The position numbers and the translations under genes are program-made. DNA of 64,000 nucleotides from Salinispira sp. (GTDB lineage Bacteria; Spirochaetota; Spirochaetia; DSM-27196; Salinispiraceae), in the NCBI GenBank assembly GCA_965226555.1, contig CBDDDG010000018.1:32001-96000 (forward strand). The letters are read 5' to 3'. Below the pieces are notes generated by a model, which was not told the DNA's origin, searched no databases, and saw nothing but the letters and a program-made list of their open reading frames with translations. Of this stretch, positions 1 through 9,440 are shown piece after piece. Position 1 is the stretch's first letter, and each line of letters opens with the position of its first letter.

Positions 1-535
1 TGGACCAGAGAGGGCCTCGGGGGATGCCCATATCGAGAGCCGCCTGAGGGTTAAAGATACCGGGACGTTCATGCTCAATGAAGGAGTAACCAACACAGAC
101 CCGCGTATGCCGAAGGGGAAAACTCCTAATTTCATACTCCTTCGAAGAAAATACTACCTGCGGCATCTGCGGATCATCAATTTCAAGAACCTTTATTTCA
201 TAGTTAAGGTGCATTTCCAAAATACGGCAGCTCGATTCAACATATTCCCGAATCCGCGGGGGGCCGATGATATACAGCGGTTCCTGACGGTCAACCTGCG
301 ATGACAGCATGAGCATACCGGGAAGACCGGTAATGTGATCCGCATGGGTGTGAGAAATTAATATACTGTGAATTCTCTTCCACCGAAGATTAAGTTTGCG
401 CAGGCTGACCTGTGTTCCCTCTCCGGCATCAAAAAGGAAGAGCGTCCCCTCCCTGCGAAGGAGTACCGATGTGAGATGACGCCGGGGAAGTGGCATACTT
501 CCCCCGCTTCCAAGGATAAAGGCTTCCATCATCAT
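1..535 (-). CDS. rnz: Ribonuclease Z (runs off the left edge of the window; not in the ORF track)
   Basis: Manual translation from ATG 535: MMEAFILGSGGSMPLPRRHLTSVLLRREGTLFLFDAGEGTQ...ISHTHADHITGLPG. It has the DAGEGTQ and HxHxDH metallo-beta-lactamase motifs. Confidence 0.9.
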   Translation of the reverse strand, partial: MMMEAFILGSGGSMPLPRRHLTSVLLRREGTLFLFDAGEGTQVSLRKLNLRWKRIHSILISHTHADHITGLPGMLMLSSQVDRQEPLYIIGPPRIREYVESSCRILEMHLNYEIKVLEIDDPQMPQVVFSSKEYEIRSFPLRHTRVCVGYSFIEHERPGIFNPQAALDMGIPRGPLWS

Positions 536-596
536 GAAACTATCTCACAAGAAAATTTCTCACACAGGAAAACAATGGGGCTGCGATACATATTCA

Positions 597-1775
597 TTAT
601 ACCAGATTCAGGTCAGGATCTATGTCCGCATCATAATCAATATCAGTCCGACCGAAACCATGAATACCGAGAAAATCGGCATTATAGCCATCGAGATCGG
701 CAAGTTCATGAATGTTTTCCGTGCTCACCTGCGGCCAGAGAGTATTGACTTCATGCTGTACTGACTCATCCAATTCCAGATCATCCATTCTGATGCGTCC
801 CTCCTCGTCAAGTTTGGGATTTTCCCCATATAAACGATCCGCGAATAAACGATACATTTGCTCAATACAGTTTTCATGAGTGCCCCGCTCCTTCATAATT
901 TTGAACAGCAGAGAAAGATACAGCGGTACCACCGGTATGACTGCCGATGCGCGGGTAACAAGCGCCTTGTTTACCGAAACAAAGGCCCGTCCATTGCAGT
1001 TCTGAAGTGTACTGCGGATTGTATGCGCCGCGGCCTCCAAATTTTCCTTCGCCTTTCCAATTGTGCCATCACGATACACTGCCCGGGTGAGTTCGGGGCC
1101 AATGTAGGAATAGGCGACAGTTGTGAAATTCCGGCTGAGGAGGTCGGCCTTGAGAAGGGTGTTTATCCAGAGAATCCAATCGTCGCCCCCCATAACATTG
1201 ATGGTGCTCGTAATTTCTTCCTCGGAGGCGGGTTCAATGGTTATTGTCGATATTTCTCCGGTCTGGGTGTTAATGCTCTTTGCGGTATAATTCTTGGCAA
1301 TGGGCTTGAGTACCGACTTATAGGTAACACCGCTGTCCGGATCCTTTCGCATGGGGCTGGCAAGACTATATACGAGCAAATCAATTGTACCGAATAGTTC
1401 CCTGATCCGCCGGACAGTCTCCGCCTTTACTTCATGACTGAAGGCATCGCCATTAATGCCTTCGGCAATGAGACCAGCCCGCCGCGCCTCATATTCCATG
1501 CTTTTCGTATTATAGTACCCGCTGGTGCCGGTGCGTTTTCCACTCGGTTCCCGATCAAAGGAAACGGCAAAGGTATGCGCCTCTGCGCCAAAAGCTGCGA
1601 CAATGCGGCTGGCAAGCCCATAACCGTTTGATGCCCCAAGCACCAGAACATTCTTCGGACCGTCAATTTTTGCCTGGCCTCTGACATAGGCAATGTCATC
1701 CATTACTTCTTTCTGCGCTCCAAGGGGGTGGGCATTCATGCAGATATTACTGCGAATCATTGGTTTTATAACCAT
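597..1775 (-). CDS. fabV: Enoyl-ACP reductase / trans-2-enoyl-CoA reductase FabV
   Basis: NAHPxG, GASNGYGLASR, NGDAFS, YSLASP, VMGGDDW and YSYIGP motifs. Confidence 0.93.
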   Translation of the reverse strand: MVIKPMIRSNICMNAHPLGAQKEVMDDIAYVRGQAKIDGPKNVLVLGASNGYGLASRIVAAFGAEAHTFAVSFDREPSGKRTGTSGYYNTKSMEYEARRAGLIAEGINGDAFSHEVKAETVRRIRELFGTIDLLVYSLASPMRKDPDSGVTYKSVLKPIAKNYTAKSINTQTGEISTITIEPASEEEITSTINVMGGDDWILWINTLLKADLLSRNFTTVAYSYIGPELTRAVYRDGTIGKAKENLEAAAHTIRSTLQNCNGRAFVSVNKALVTRASAVIPVVPLYLSLLFKIMKERGTHENCIEQMYRLFADRLYGENPKLDEEGRIRMDDLELDESVQHEVNTLWPQVSTENIHELADLDGYNADFLGIHGFGRTDIDYDADIDPDLNLV

Positions 1776-1830
1776 TGTATCCTCACATATGTATTGATTT
1801 TTTACATGATATTACACAAAATTACCGTTC

Positions 1831-3204
1831 ATGAACATACAGGAATGGAAAAAACTTAATAAAACAAAACAGCAGTATTATCTTCACCGGAGTGAGGGCA
1901 ATTTTCAGGCAGCTTATACCGCAGTACAGCCGATTATTGATCGGGTACGGGCTCAGGGGGACGCAGCGCTCAGGGAATATACCCGGCGTTTTGATGGGGC
2001 TCATATTTCATCAATAACAGTCGGCGGAGATGAGTTTTCAGAGGCTGAACAGATTCTTTCTTCCGAAATGAAGGAAGCCATTGAATATGCTATTGAGAAT
2101 GTACGGAATTTCCACAGGAAGCAGATGCGGGGAGATGTTCCAGCGGATTTTGGAGCGGCGGCAAAGGGGAAGGCAGAGGTTCCGGTAGAGGTTCCGGCAG
2201 AGGTTCCGGTAGAATTATGTACGGTCAGACCCGGAATTCGCGCAGGAAAACGCTACACAGCCATTGATTCCGTGGGGCTCTATGTACCCCGCGGGCGCGG
2301 AAGCTTTCCCTCCATGCTTTATATGCTCGCCGTTCCGGCTGTATTAGCATCGGTTCCGCACATTAGCATTGCGACTCCTCCCCAGCCCGACGGGAAGGTT
2401 GATCCTGCCTGTCTGTACGCAGCGAGGGTCTGCGGGATAGAGCTGATCTACCGCATTGGGGGAAGTCAGGCAATTGCCGCCCTGGCCTTCGGCACCGAGA
2501 CTGTTCAAAAGGTACTGAAGGTTGTTGGGCCTGGCAGCATATATGTGAATGCGGCAAAACGATTACTTGCAGATACAATTGATACCGGGCTCCCCGCCGG
2601 TCCCTCGGAGGCGGTAGTTGTCGCCGATGCCGGTGCCGACCCCCACCTTGTTACGCTTGATCTGTGCACGGAAGCGGAGCATGGTTCCGACTCCTCTGCC
2701 GTATTAATTACCGACAGTCCGGAGCTTGCCATGGAAGTAAAGAAAAGAGTTGAACAATTTGTGCATGAAATTCCATTGCCGCGCAAAACCTTTATCACAG
2801 ATGTCTTCCGGAAATATGGGGGGATTTTTCTCGTTGATACCATTGAAGAAGCTCTGAAACTTGCCGATACTTTTGCCCCTGAGCATCTACAAATTCAAAC
2901 TGCTGCTCCACAGAAACATCTGGAGCAGGTGAAAAATGCCGGCGAAATTCTCCTGGGCCCCTATACTCCATTTACGATGGCAAATTACGCTGCAGGAGCA
3001 AATGCGGTACTGCCGACGGGCGGGAAGGCGCGAACCTGGTCTGCGGTTTCTGTGCAGGATTTCATAAAATCAACTTCAATAGTGGAAATTGATGCCGCCG
3101 GATATGCCGATCTTGAGAAGCATTGCAGGGTACTTGCAGAGTACGAAGGCTTTTATGCTCATCATGAGGCCATTGCCAGACGTACATTCACGGAAACCAC
3201 ATAA
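1831..3204 (+). CDS. hisD: Histidinol dehydrogenase
   Basis: VGLYVPRG, GGSQAIAALAFGT, AGPSE, EAEH, APEHL and GANAVLPTGG motifs. Confidence 0.92.
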   Translation: MNIQEWKKLNKTKQQYYLHRSEGNFQAAYTAVQPIIDRVRAQGDAALREYTRRFDGAHISSITVGGDEFSEAEQILSSEMKEAIEYAIENVRNFHRKQMRGDVPADFGAAAKGKAEVPVEVPAEVPVELCTVRPGIRAGKRYTAIDSVGLYVPRGRGSFPSMLYMLAVPAVLASVPHISIATPPQPDGKVDPACLYAARVCGIELIYRIGGSQAIAALAFGTETVQKVLKVVGPGSIYVNAAKRLLADTIDTGLPAGPSEAVVVADAGADPHLVTLDLCTEAEHGSDSSAVLITDSPELAMEVKKRVEQFVHEIPLPRKTFITDVFRKYGGIFLVDTIEEALKLADTFAPEHLQIQTAAPQKHLEQVKNAGEILLGPYTPFTMANYAAGANAVLPTGGKARTWSAVSVQDFIKSTSIVEIDAAGYADLEKHCRVLAEYEGFYAHHEAIARRTFTETT

Positions 3205-3223
3205 AAGAGCGGGCATACAAAAT

Positions 3224-4672
3224 ATGACAGCAGATTTTGCATATTTTGAACAATTCACCAATGTTGAAAAATCAACGCGGGCATCGGTAAAGTTCCGGCT
3301 CGACCGCATGGTCACACTTCTTGGAGATTTTGCGAATCCCCAGAACAATATGGCACTCGTACACGTTGCGGGGTCAAAGGGAAAGGGTATGACATCGGCA
3401 TTTACGGCAGCCCTCCTTGCCGATGCGCTTGGAGAACCCGTTGGTATCTATGCATCTCCGCACATAGAGGACTACCGTGAACGCATACGGCTTTCCCTGC
3501 CTGCCATGACCGATTACCGCGATGGTTTTTTTCCCGCTGCGGTCTACGAAGAAGGGATAACACAGATTCAGCACTATCTCAAAAACCGAAGCATGCAGCC
3601 GACAACCTTTGAATTGCTCACCCTCCTTGCCTTCATTTTATTCAGAGCGCAAAAAATTCACTGGGCTGTCATTGAAGTGGGGCTCGGAGGCAGGCTCGAT
3701 TCAACCAATGTAATTGAACCACAGTTTTGCATCATAACCCCGCTGGAAATTGAGCATAGCCGGTATCTTGGAAATACCATAGAAGAAATTGCCGGAGAAA
3801 AGGCGGGAATTATTAAACGGGGTATCCCGGTACTCAGCCAAAAACAAAATGCCGCCGCAGAACGGGTTATAAGAAAAAGAGCGCTGGAACTAAAGGCTCC
3901 CTGCTATTTTTTTACCGACTTTGCGCATACTGAAAAATATCCGCCATTTAATACTGTGTTGACCCCTCCCTACGCGCACGAGAATGCCTGCCTTGCGTAC
4001 CTCGCGTATCATCTCATCCAAAAACATTCCCTCCAAAAACATTCCCTCCAAAAACATTTCCATTTACAGAGAAAAATACCTGTCCCAAACCTAAATCCTG
4101 AACAGGCACTGGAAAGTATAGGGCGAACAGTCCTACCCGGACGTTTTGAACAGCACAATCTATCCATACGAACAAACGGGAAAGGGGAGCAGGCAGTACA
4201 AAAACCGATCATTATGGATGCAGCCCACACACCGGCATCTATTCGGGCATTTCTGACCGGATTGAAAATAATCAGAAATCAGCACCCTGAAAAGACTCTT
4301 ACAATTATTTTTTCAGCGCTTGAAGATAAGGACTGCAGAACAATGCTGGAGTATATTATGGAGGTTTGCAACATACTGATAATAACCGGCTGCGGCAGTT
4401 TCAAGCGCGCTGATATAACAGAGCTTACAGAAATTGCCCGGCAAATTGCAGAAAACAAACCGCGTATAAAGCTCCGCGTCATTCATGAAGCCGACAAGGC
4501 ATTGCATACGGTACTGGAAAGTTCTGAAAATGATATTGTGGCAATCTGCGGTTCATTTTATCTAATCGGAGAAATGCACAGGGCGCTGAAAAAATATACC
4601 AAAGTTTTGCATTGGAAAATTGCGCGTGCGCAATTTCCAGTAGCAAAAGTTTCAGATTCGGAGTTACCATGA
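3224..4672 (+). CDS. folC: Bifunctional folylpolyglutamate synthase / dihydrofolate synthase
   Basis: HVAGSKGKG, SPH, TTFE, EVGLGGRLDSTN, IAGEKAGII, DAAHT and GSFYL motifs. Start moved to ATG 3224, after the hisD stop. Confidence 0.9.
   Translation: MTADFAYFEQFTNVEKSTRASVKFRLDRMVTLLGDFANPQNNMALVHVAGSKGKGMTSAFTAALLADALGEPVGIYASPHIEDYRERIRLSLPAMTDYRDGFFPAAVYEEGITQIQHYLKNRSMQPTTFELLTLLAFILFRAQKIHWAVIEVGLGGRLDSTNVIEPQFCIITPLEIEHSRYLGNTIEEIAGEKAGIIKRGIPVLSQKQNAAAERVIRKRALELKAPCYFFTDFAHTEKYPPFNTVLTPPYAHENACLAYLAYHLIQKHSLQKHSLQKHFHLQRKIPVPNLNPEQALESIGRTVLPGRFEQHNLSIRTNGKGEQAVQKPIIMDAAHTPASIRAFLTGLKIIRNQHPEKTLTIIFSALEDKDCRTMLEYIMEVCNILIITGCGSFKRADITELTEIARQIAENKPRIKLRVIHEADKALHTVLESSENDIVAICGSFYLIGEMHRALKKYTKVLHWKIARAQFPVAKVSDSELP
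4599..4655. mobile_element. 57-bp palindromic miniature element, in frame within the folC 3' end
   Basis: CCAAAGTTTTGCATTGGAAAATTGCGCGTGCGCAATTTCCAGTAGCAAAAGTTTCAG; closely similar copies at 24585, 32178, 34208, 35118 and 41248. Confidence 0.85.
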
Positions 4673-6123
4673 GCCTCAACTGGGTGGAAATAGATATTAT
4701 ACTTGCGGAGTTGTCACTGACGGGAAAATATATCCGACAGATTTTTCAATATGACTATCGAAATATCTATTTTCAACTCTTCTCAAAGCAGGAAAACACC
4801 TATGTACGGATATGCCTTGAGCAGGGACATACCCGCCTGCATACAATAGTGTCACGGCCGGGCTCACAGACAGAATCGCTGACAGAATCTCGGACGGAAT
4901 CTCGGACAGGATCACGAACGGTACAGCCGCGATTCTCGGAATTTCTGCGCTCACGAATACGCGGCGGAAGGATCATATCGGCAGCTCAGATAGGTCATGA
5001 ACGGATCGTACAGATTGAAATTACCCGCAGTTCGGAAACAACCCTTCTCTATCTGAAACTCTGGGGCAGCGCATCCAATGTTATTGCCTGCGATAGTGAA
5101 AACACAATTCTCGAAGCCGCATACCGCAGACCAAAGCGGAAAGAATGCGCAGGAGAAATTTTTCAAATTCCCCGGACAGCAAACATCAACATAAACCTTC
5201 TCAGTGCCCGCCCCGCCCTCCCCGAATACAGCACATATAACCAAAGTATTGCAGCCGAATATGCAGAAGATGAGAATGTAAGAGAACAGCAAAAAATGGT
5301 GAAAAATCTCATTCAGTATTATACAAGACAAAAAAATAACCTATCCAAAACGATCCGTACGATCACGGGCAGGCAGGAAAGTAGTGAATCGGCTGATCGT
5401 CTGCAAAAATTTGCCGATATCATTCTCACGGAAAGCCGAAACATACAAAGGGGTGATGAATGTATTCAGGCGACAGATTTTGATGGAAGGGCGGTGACCA
5501 TTCCCCTCGACCCTTCTCTTTCTCCTTCAGAAAATGCCCAAAAATTCCATAGGGAAGCAAAGAAAATTAATGCCCGCGCCCGGCGCATGAACGAGGAAAA
5601 AGCGGATATTCTGCAGAACTTTGAAGAAATAACACATATACTTCAAGCCCTGAATACCGATACATCTCCTGCAATTCTTCGAAAACTCTCTGAAGAAATG
5701 CGGCAGAAAGACAGTAAGGCCCGTGATCTGCAGAAGAAGGACGGGAGAGCCAAATTAACATTTGAGAGTCAGGGTTTTCAGATAGTGGTTGGACGGAATG
5801 CCAGAGACAATGAGCAACTCCTTCGAAATTGTACCCGGGGAAATGATACCTGGCTTCATACACGAGATTATCCGGGCGCCTATGTTTTTATTAAGCAGAA
5901 ACCTGGGAAAAACATTCCTCTGGAAGTTCTTCTTGATGCCGGTAATTTAGCCGTACATTACAGTAAGGCAAAAAGCATCGGCACGGCCGACCTTTACTAT
6001 ACACAGGTAAAATACCTTCGGCGTCCGAAAAAGGGAAAACCGGGCATGGTTTTGCCGACGCAGGAAAAAAACCTGTGTGTAAAAGTGAATGCAACACGCA
6101 TGAAGCGGTTATTGGGAGGATAA
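4669..6123 (+). CDS. NFACT / RqcH (FbpA-type) ribosome quality control family protein
   Basis: MSLNWVEI N-terminus, LDPSLSPSENAQKF, and a C-terminal NFACT-R domain (VGRNARDNEQL, WLHTRDYPGAYV, LAVHYSKA). Confidence 0.85.
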   Translation: MSLNWVEIDIILAELSLTGKYIRQIFQYDYRNIYFQLFSKQENTYVRICLEQGHTRLHTIVSRPGSQTESLTESRTESRTGSRTVQPRFSEFLRSRIRGGRIISAAQIGHERIVQIEITRSSETTLLYLKLWGSASNVIACDSENTILEAAYRRPKRKECAGEIFQIPRTANININLLSARPALPEYSTYNQSIAAEYAEDENVREQQKMVKNLIQYYTRQKNNLSKTIRTITGRQESSESADRLQKFADIILTESRNIQRGDECIQATDFDGRAVTIPLDPSLSPSENAQKFHREAKKINARARRMNEEKADILQNFEEITHILQALNTDTSPAILRKLSEEMRQKDSKARDLQKKDGRAKLTFESQGFQIVVGRNARDNEQLLRNCTRGNDTWLHTRDYPGAYVFIKQKPGKNIPLEVLLDAGNLAVHYSKAKSIGTADLYYTQVKYLRRPKKGKPGMVLPTQEKNLCVKVNATRMKRLLGG

Positions 6124-7545
6124 ATGTCAGTACCTATCAGAATAGATGATTCTTCCAACATTTTTCATCGTTTCGTACATGGTGATAAGGATAAAACCGC
6201 CATATGCACGGGAATTCAGGCAAGCGGACATGGTATGCAGCGATTCAGCGCAGATTTTACCGGTTCTGCCCTTTTGTTTTCACTCAATGACGATCATTCC
6301 AATGTTGTTATGCGGCGGATTCCTGTTGATCGCGTGTTTAGTCAGCATAAGCGGCTATACATTGTTATTGATGAATACTTTCAGGGAAAAAGCATGCAGG
6401 AGTACCTTGATGATGCGCATTCTGATTCGCCGCGCCGGGAATTTTCAGAATTTTCATATATGATGGGCATGATCATTAATACCTATTCTCATCTCCTCCC
6501 TCTTCCAATTAATCCGCAGCATATTCTTCACAACTCCGGAAAACTTCTCATACTACCGGAGAAATGGAGCCATATAATTACCTCGTATGAATCGGAACAG
6601 TCCCGGCAGAAGGGACTTGCGCGGATTAATTATCCTGATCAGCATGGTTTTGATAAGAAGAAGTTGCAGACATTCTGTTTTGCCTGTTCCTTGTATTACA
6701 TGCTCAGTCAGCACTGGTCTATTGAAGAGGATGATAGCAGCATTCATAACCGGCTCAAGCGTGTGAATGTTCACCGCCCGATTGAAACACTTGTACCTGA
6801 AATTCCTGAAGAACTTGCGGCATGGTTTTATGAGGCTCTGCGTCTGAAGGCTTCTGACTGTTCTGTCCCATTATTCTATCTGAAAAAACCTCAATCGCTA
6901 CAATCAGCTGATCGTAGCCCGGAGAATACCGACAGGCGGATACGATCCTGGCAGAGATCACTGAAACGGGAAAAATTACGGAACACGATACGACTGCACA
7001 TTCTTCCCATTACTATTGCCGCAGCGATCCTTATCGTTTTTCTTGCCTCAACGGCAGCCATCATACGGCAGGCAACAAGCGATTTACTCATTACCGGATT
7101 AGCTCCTGAAGAGGTCATACGAACATTTTACGAAAGTTATAACAATCTTGATCATACTTTCATGGCAGATGCCGCATATCGAAAAGCAGGAAGGGAAAAG
7201 GTAAATCAAATTACAAGTCTTTATGCCATTACCGCAATTCGCGAGGGCACAGAAAGGAGGCAGATTTTCATGCCGGTTTCAGAATGGCTGGAAAAATCGG
7301 AGGAAGAACAAGAATTACTCACGCACTATATGATATTCGGTATTAGCGACCTCAATATCAGGCATCTTCCCGATATTGAGGGAGATGATGCTCATATTCA
7401 GGGCGATGCGCATTTTGTCGTCAGTTATTCGCTCTGGACTCCTGAAGATACTGTTTTACAAGAAGAACGTATACAAGAGCATGTTACTATGAGAAAATTT
7501 CGCAGAGGCTGGAAAATTGTATCTATAACAGAACAAGAGAATTAG
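6124..7545 (+). CDS. Hypothetical membrane-anchored protein (possible degenerate kinase-like N-terminus)
   Basis: 473-aa ORF abutting the NFACT stop; one transmembrane segment (ILPITIAAAILIVFLASTAAII). Confidence 0.6.
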   Translation: MSVPIRIDDSSNIFHRFVHGDKDKTAICTGIQASGHGMQRFSADFTGSALLFSLNDDHSNVVMRRIPVDRVFSQHKRLYIVIDEYFQGKSMQEYLDDAHSDSPRREFSEFSYMMGMIINTYSHLLPLPINPQHILHNSGKLLILPEKWSHIITSYESEQSRQKGLARINYPDQHGFDKKKLQTFCFACSLYYMLSQHWSIEEDDSSIHNRLKRVNVHRPIETLVPEIPEELAAWFYEALRLKASDCSVPLFYLKKPQSLQSADRSPENTDRRIRSWQRSLKREKLRNTIRLHILPITIAAAILIVFLASTAAIIRQATSDLLITGLAPEEVIRTFYESYNNLDHTFMADAAYRKAGREKVNQITSLYAITAIREGTERRQIFMPVSEWLEKSEEEQELLTHYMIFGISDLNIRHLPDIEGDDAHIQGDAHFVVSYSLWTPEDTVLQEERIQEHVTMRKFRRGWKIVSITEQEN

Positions 7546-8594
7546 ATACCGCCGGTAATTTCATCAATAAGAATAACTATGAGGCCAATACCGAGAGTTG
7601 TACCTCCGCCAATTATCAACCCGAGTCCGAGAGGCTCGGAGACCTCCGAATCAATCATAAGATCTGCGGAATTAAAAATAATTCCGGTAATTCCGGTAAT
7701 TGTTCCGAGAATGCTGATAATTCCGCCAAGAGCTCTCCATGGAGTCACAGAAATTTCTCCCTGTGACGTAATGTCTGGAGTAAGCTGCAGAGAATTGAGT
7801 AGATCAAGCCCAGTGTTTCTATTGCCAACAAACTGATCCGCTACCGTAATGTTTTCATTGGGATATCCAAAAGAAATGGGCAGCGATTGTATAAAGTGCT
7901 GTTCCCAATATGTAACGATCCCGCTCGACAGGCTCTGTTCACTTATGTTTATTATTTCTGCAGTACCATTCAACAGAGAACTATCAATGTCAAGTTCCTC
8001 ATTACTATTGATGATTCGGTTTTGCATACCTTCCCGCGTAATCACTGAAATTTCAACATCGCCTTCAAAGGAATATATGAGTGGACGGGGAACAACACGG
8101 TTGACAGGAGGGATAAAATCAAATCCAAAATCGGAATTTCTGGTATTGATGGCAACTCCCCGGCTCCGAACATTAAAGGGTTCCGATTCTTCCGATTGAA
8201 AAATTTCCCCCCGTATTCTTCCATAAAACAGTTCGTACTGCCCGCCCTCATCTATATTGAGTTTATTGATGCCAAGAATTGTATTCTCCGCAAGTTTGAC
8301 AATATTTTCACTCGGTAAAAATTGAATTTCAAGAAAACTGTTTTCCCCTGTCCGTACAATATCACCCTCTCGAATTTTCAGAGCAGAAAAATCACTATCC
8401 TGAACATTGTGCTCTTCAAGAATTCCATCTCTGAGGATACTGAAATTGTTGCCGCTTGAATAACGAACAATACCAAAGGCTTCTACTGCCTCCGCATCCT
8501 CATTCTGCAAAGATTCCGCACTTTCTTCCTGTGAATATAACGATAACGAAATAAGAAAAAATATACCCAATAAAAAAAACTTCAATTTGCTCAT
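7542..8594 (-). CDS. FecR-domain exported/membrane protein
   Basis: Signal peptide, IREGDIVRTGENSFLEI, VKLAENT, two C-terminal transmembrane helices. Confidence 0.7.
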   Translation of the reverse strand: MSKLKFFLLGIFFLISLSLYSQEESAESLQNEDAEAVEAFGIVRYSSGNNFSILRDGILEEHNVQDSDFSALKIREGDIVRTGENSFLEIQFLPSENIVKLAENTILGINKLNIDEGGQYELFYGRIRGEIFQSEESEPFNVRSRGVAINTRNSDFGFDFIPPVNRVVPRPLIYSFEGDVEISVITREGMQNRIINSNEELDIDSSLLNGTAEIINISEQSLSSGIVTYWEQHFIQSLPISFGYPNENITVADQFVGNRNTGLDLLNSLQLTPDITSQGEISVTPWRALGGIISILGTITGITGIIFNSADLMIDSEVSEPLGLGLIIGGGTTLGIGLIVILIDEITGGI

Positions 8595-8688
8595 AATACC
8601 CTTATCGGAAATTTTTGCAAGATACAAAACTTTCTACACAATATACACCTAATGATAGTATACATCAATCATTTTTTATCACCAGAAA

Positions 8689-9390
8689 TTAATCGGTAAG
8701 CAGGGCAACACAATATACATTACAAAATCCTTCTTTTTTTAGTAACTCCCTGCATTGATTCAATGTTGCGCCGGTAGTAATAACATCATCAATGATAATT
8801 ATGCTCGTTTCGTGATGCAATATCTTCGAGCGAGATCGACGAAGAGAAACAGCATGCAGCATATTTATTTTTCGCGATTTTCTGTCGAGCATTTTTTGTG
8901 ACGCGGATACATTCCGGCTGAATAATTTTACAACACGCGCAGTGAAATTACAATACCGGGCAAGTGAACGGCAGAAACGATTCATATGATCGTAACCCCG
9001 CGTTAATTGGCCATGAAAAGAGGGCGGCGGATGAGTAAAAACTATTTCTCCGGCGGAGATGTTCAGAGAATGTATATAATTGCGAATGTTCGTCAGGAAT
9101 ATCCCTGCGAGGAGCTGCCCTCCCTTCGGCAACCTTCCCTTTTTAAAATGTATGAGCGTGGCTGCAATTCTCCCGCTATACACAGCGCATACAAAGCACT
9201 CTTCCTCTCTTCGCCAGCAATGCAGCGATTCTGGAGGAAGAATTTCAATGTTCTCCGTACAATCGTCACACATTCCTGACTGAACATTTTTCATTAAGAG
9301 TTCACGTGAACAGATCGTACATACGCGTGGAATAAATGTATGAAATATTTCCCGTAGCACATCATATATAACGGGTGAAATGCTGTTCAT
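8689..9390 (-). CDS. ComF family competence protein (phosphoribosyltransferase-like)
   Basis: Two CxxC motifs, RGYDH, IIIDDVITTGATL; lies downstream of mutS. Confidence 0.85.
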   Translation of the reverse strand: MNSISPVIYDVLREIFHTFIPRVCTICSRELLMKNVQSGMCDDCTENIEILPPESLHCWRREEECFVCAVYSGRIAATLIHFKKGRLPKGGQLLAGIFLTNIRNYIHSLNISAGEIVFTHPPPSFHGQLTRGYDHMNRFCRSLARYCNFTARVVKLFSRNVSASQKMLDRKSRKINMLHAVSLRRSRSKILHHETSIIIIDDVITTGATLNQCRELLKKEGFCNVYCVALLTD

Positions 9391-9404
9391 AATTGATATT
9401 GTAT

Positions 9405-9432
9405 GAAATTTTTTGCATTTTGCAAAATTTTC
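9405..9432. repeat. 28-bp hairpin miniature element flanked by TGTAT direct repeats
   Basis: tgtat-GAAATTTTTTGCATTTTGCAAAATTTTC-tgtat. Confidence 0.7.
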
Positions 9433-9440
9433 TGTATGGA

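Noticed and set aside
71..748. Plus-strand ORFs at the window start
   Set aside because: Shadows of rnz and fabV on the minus strand
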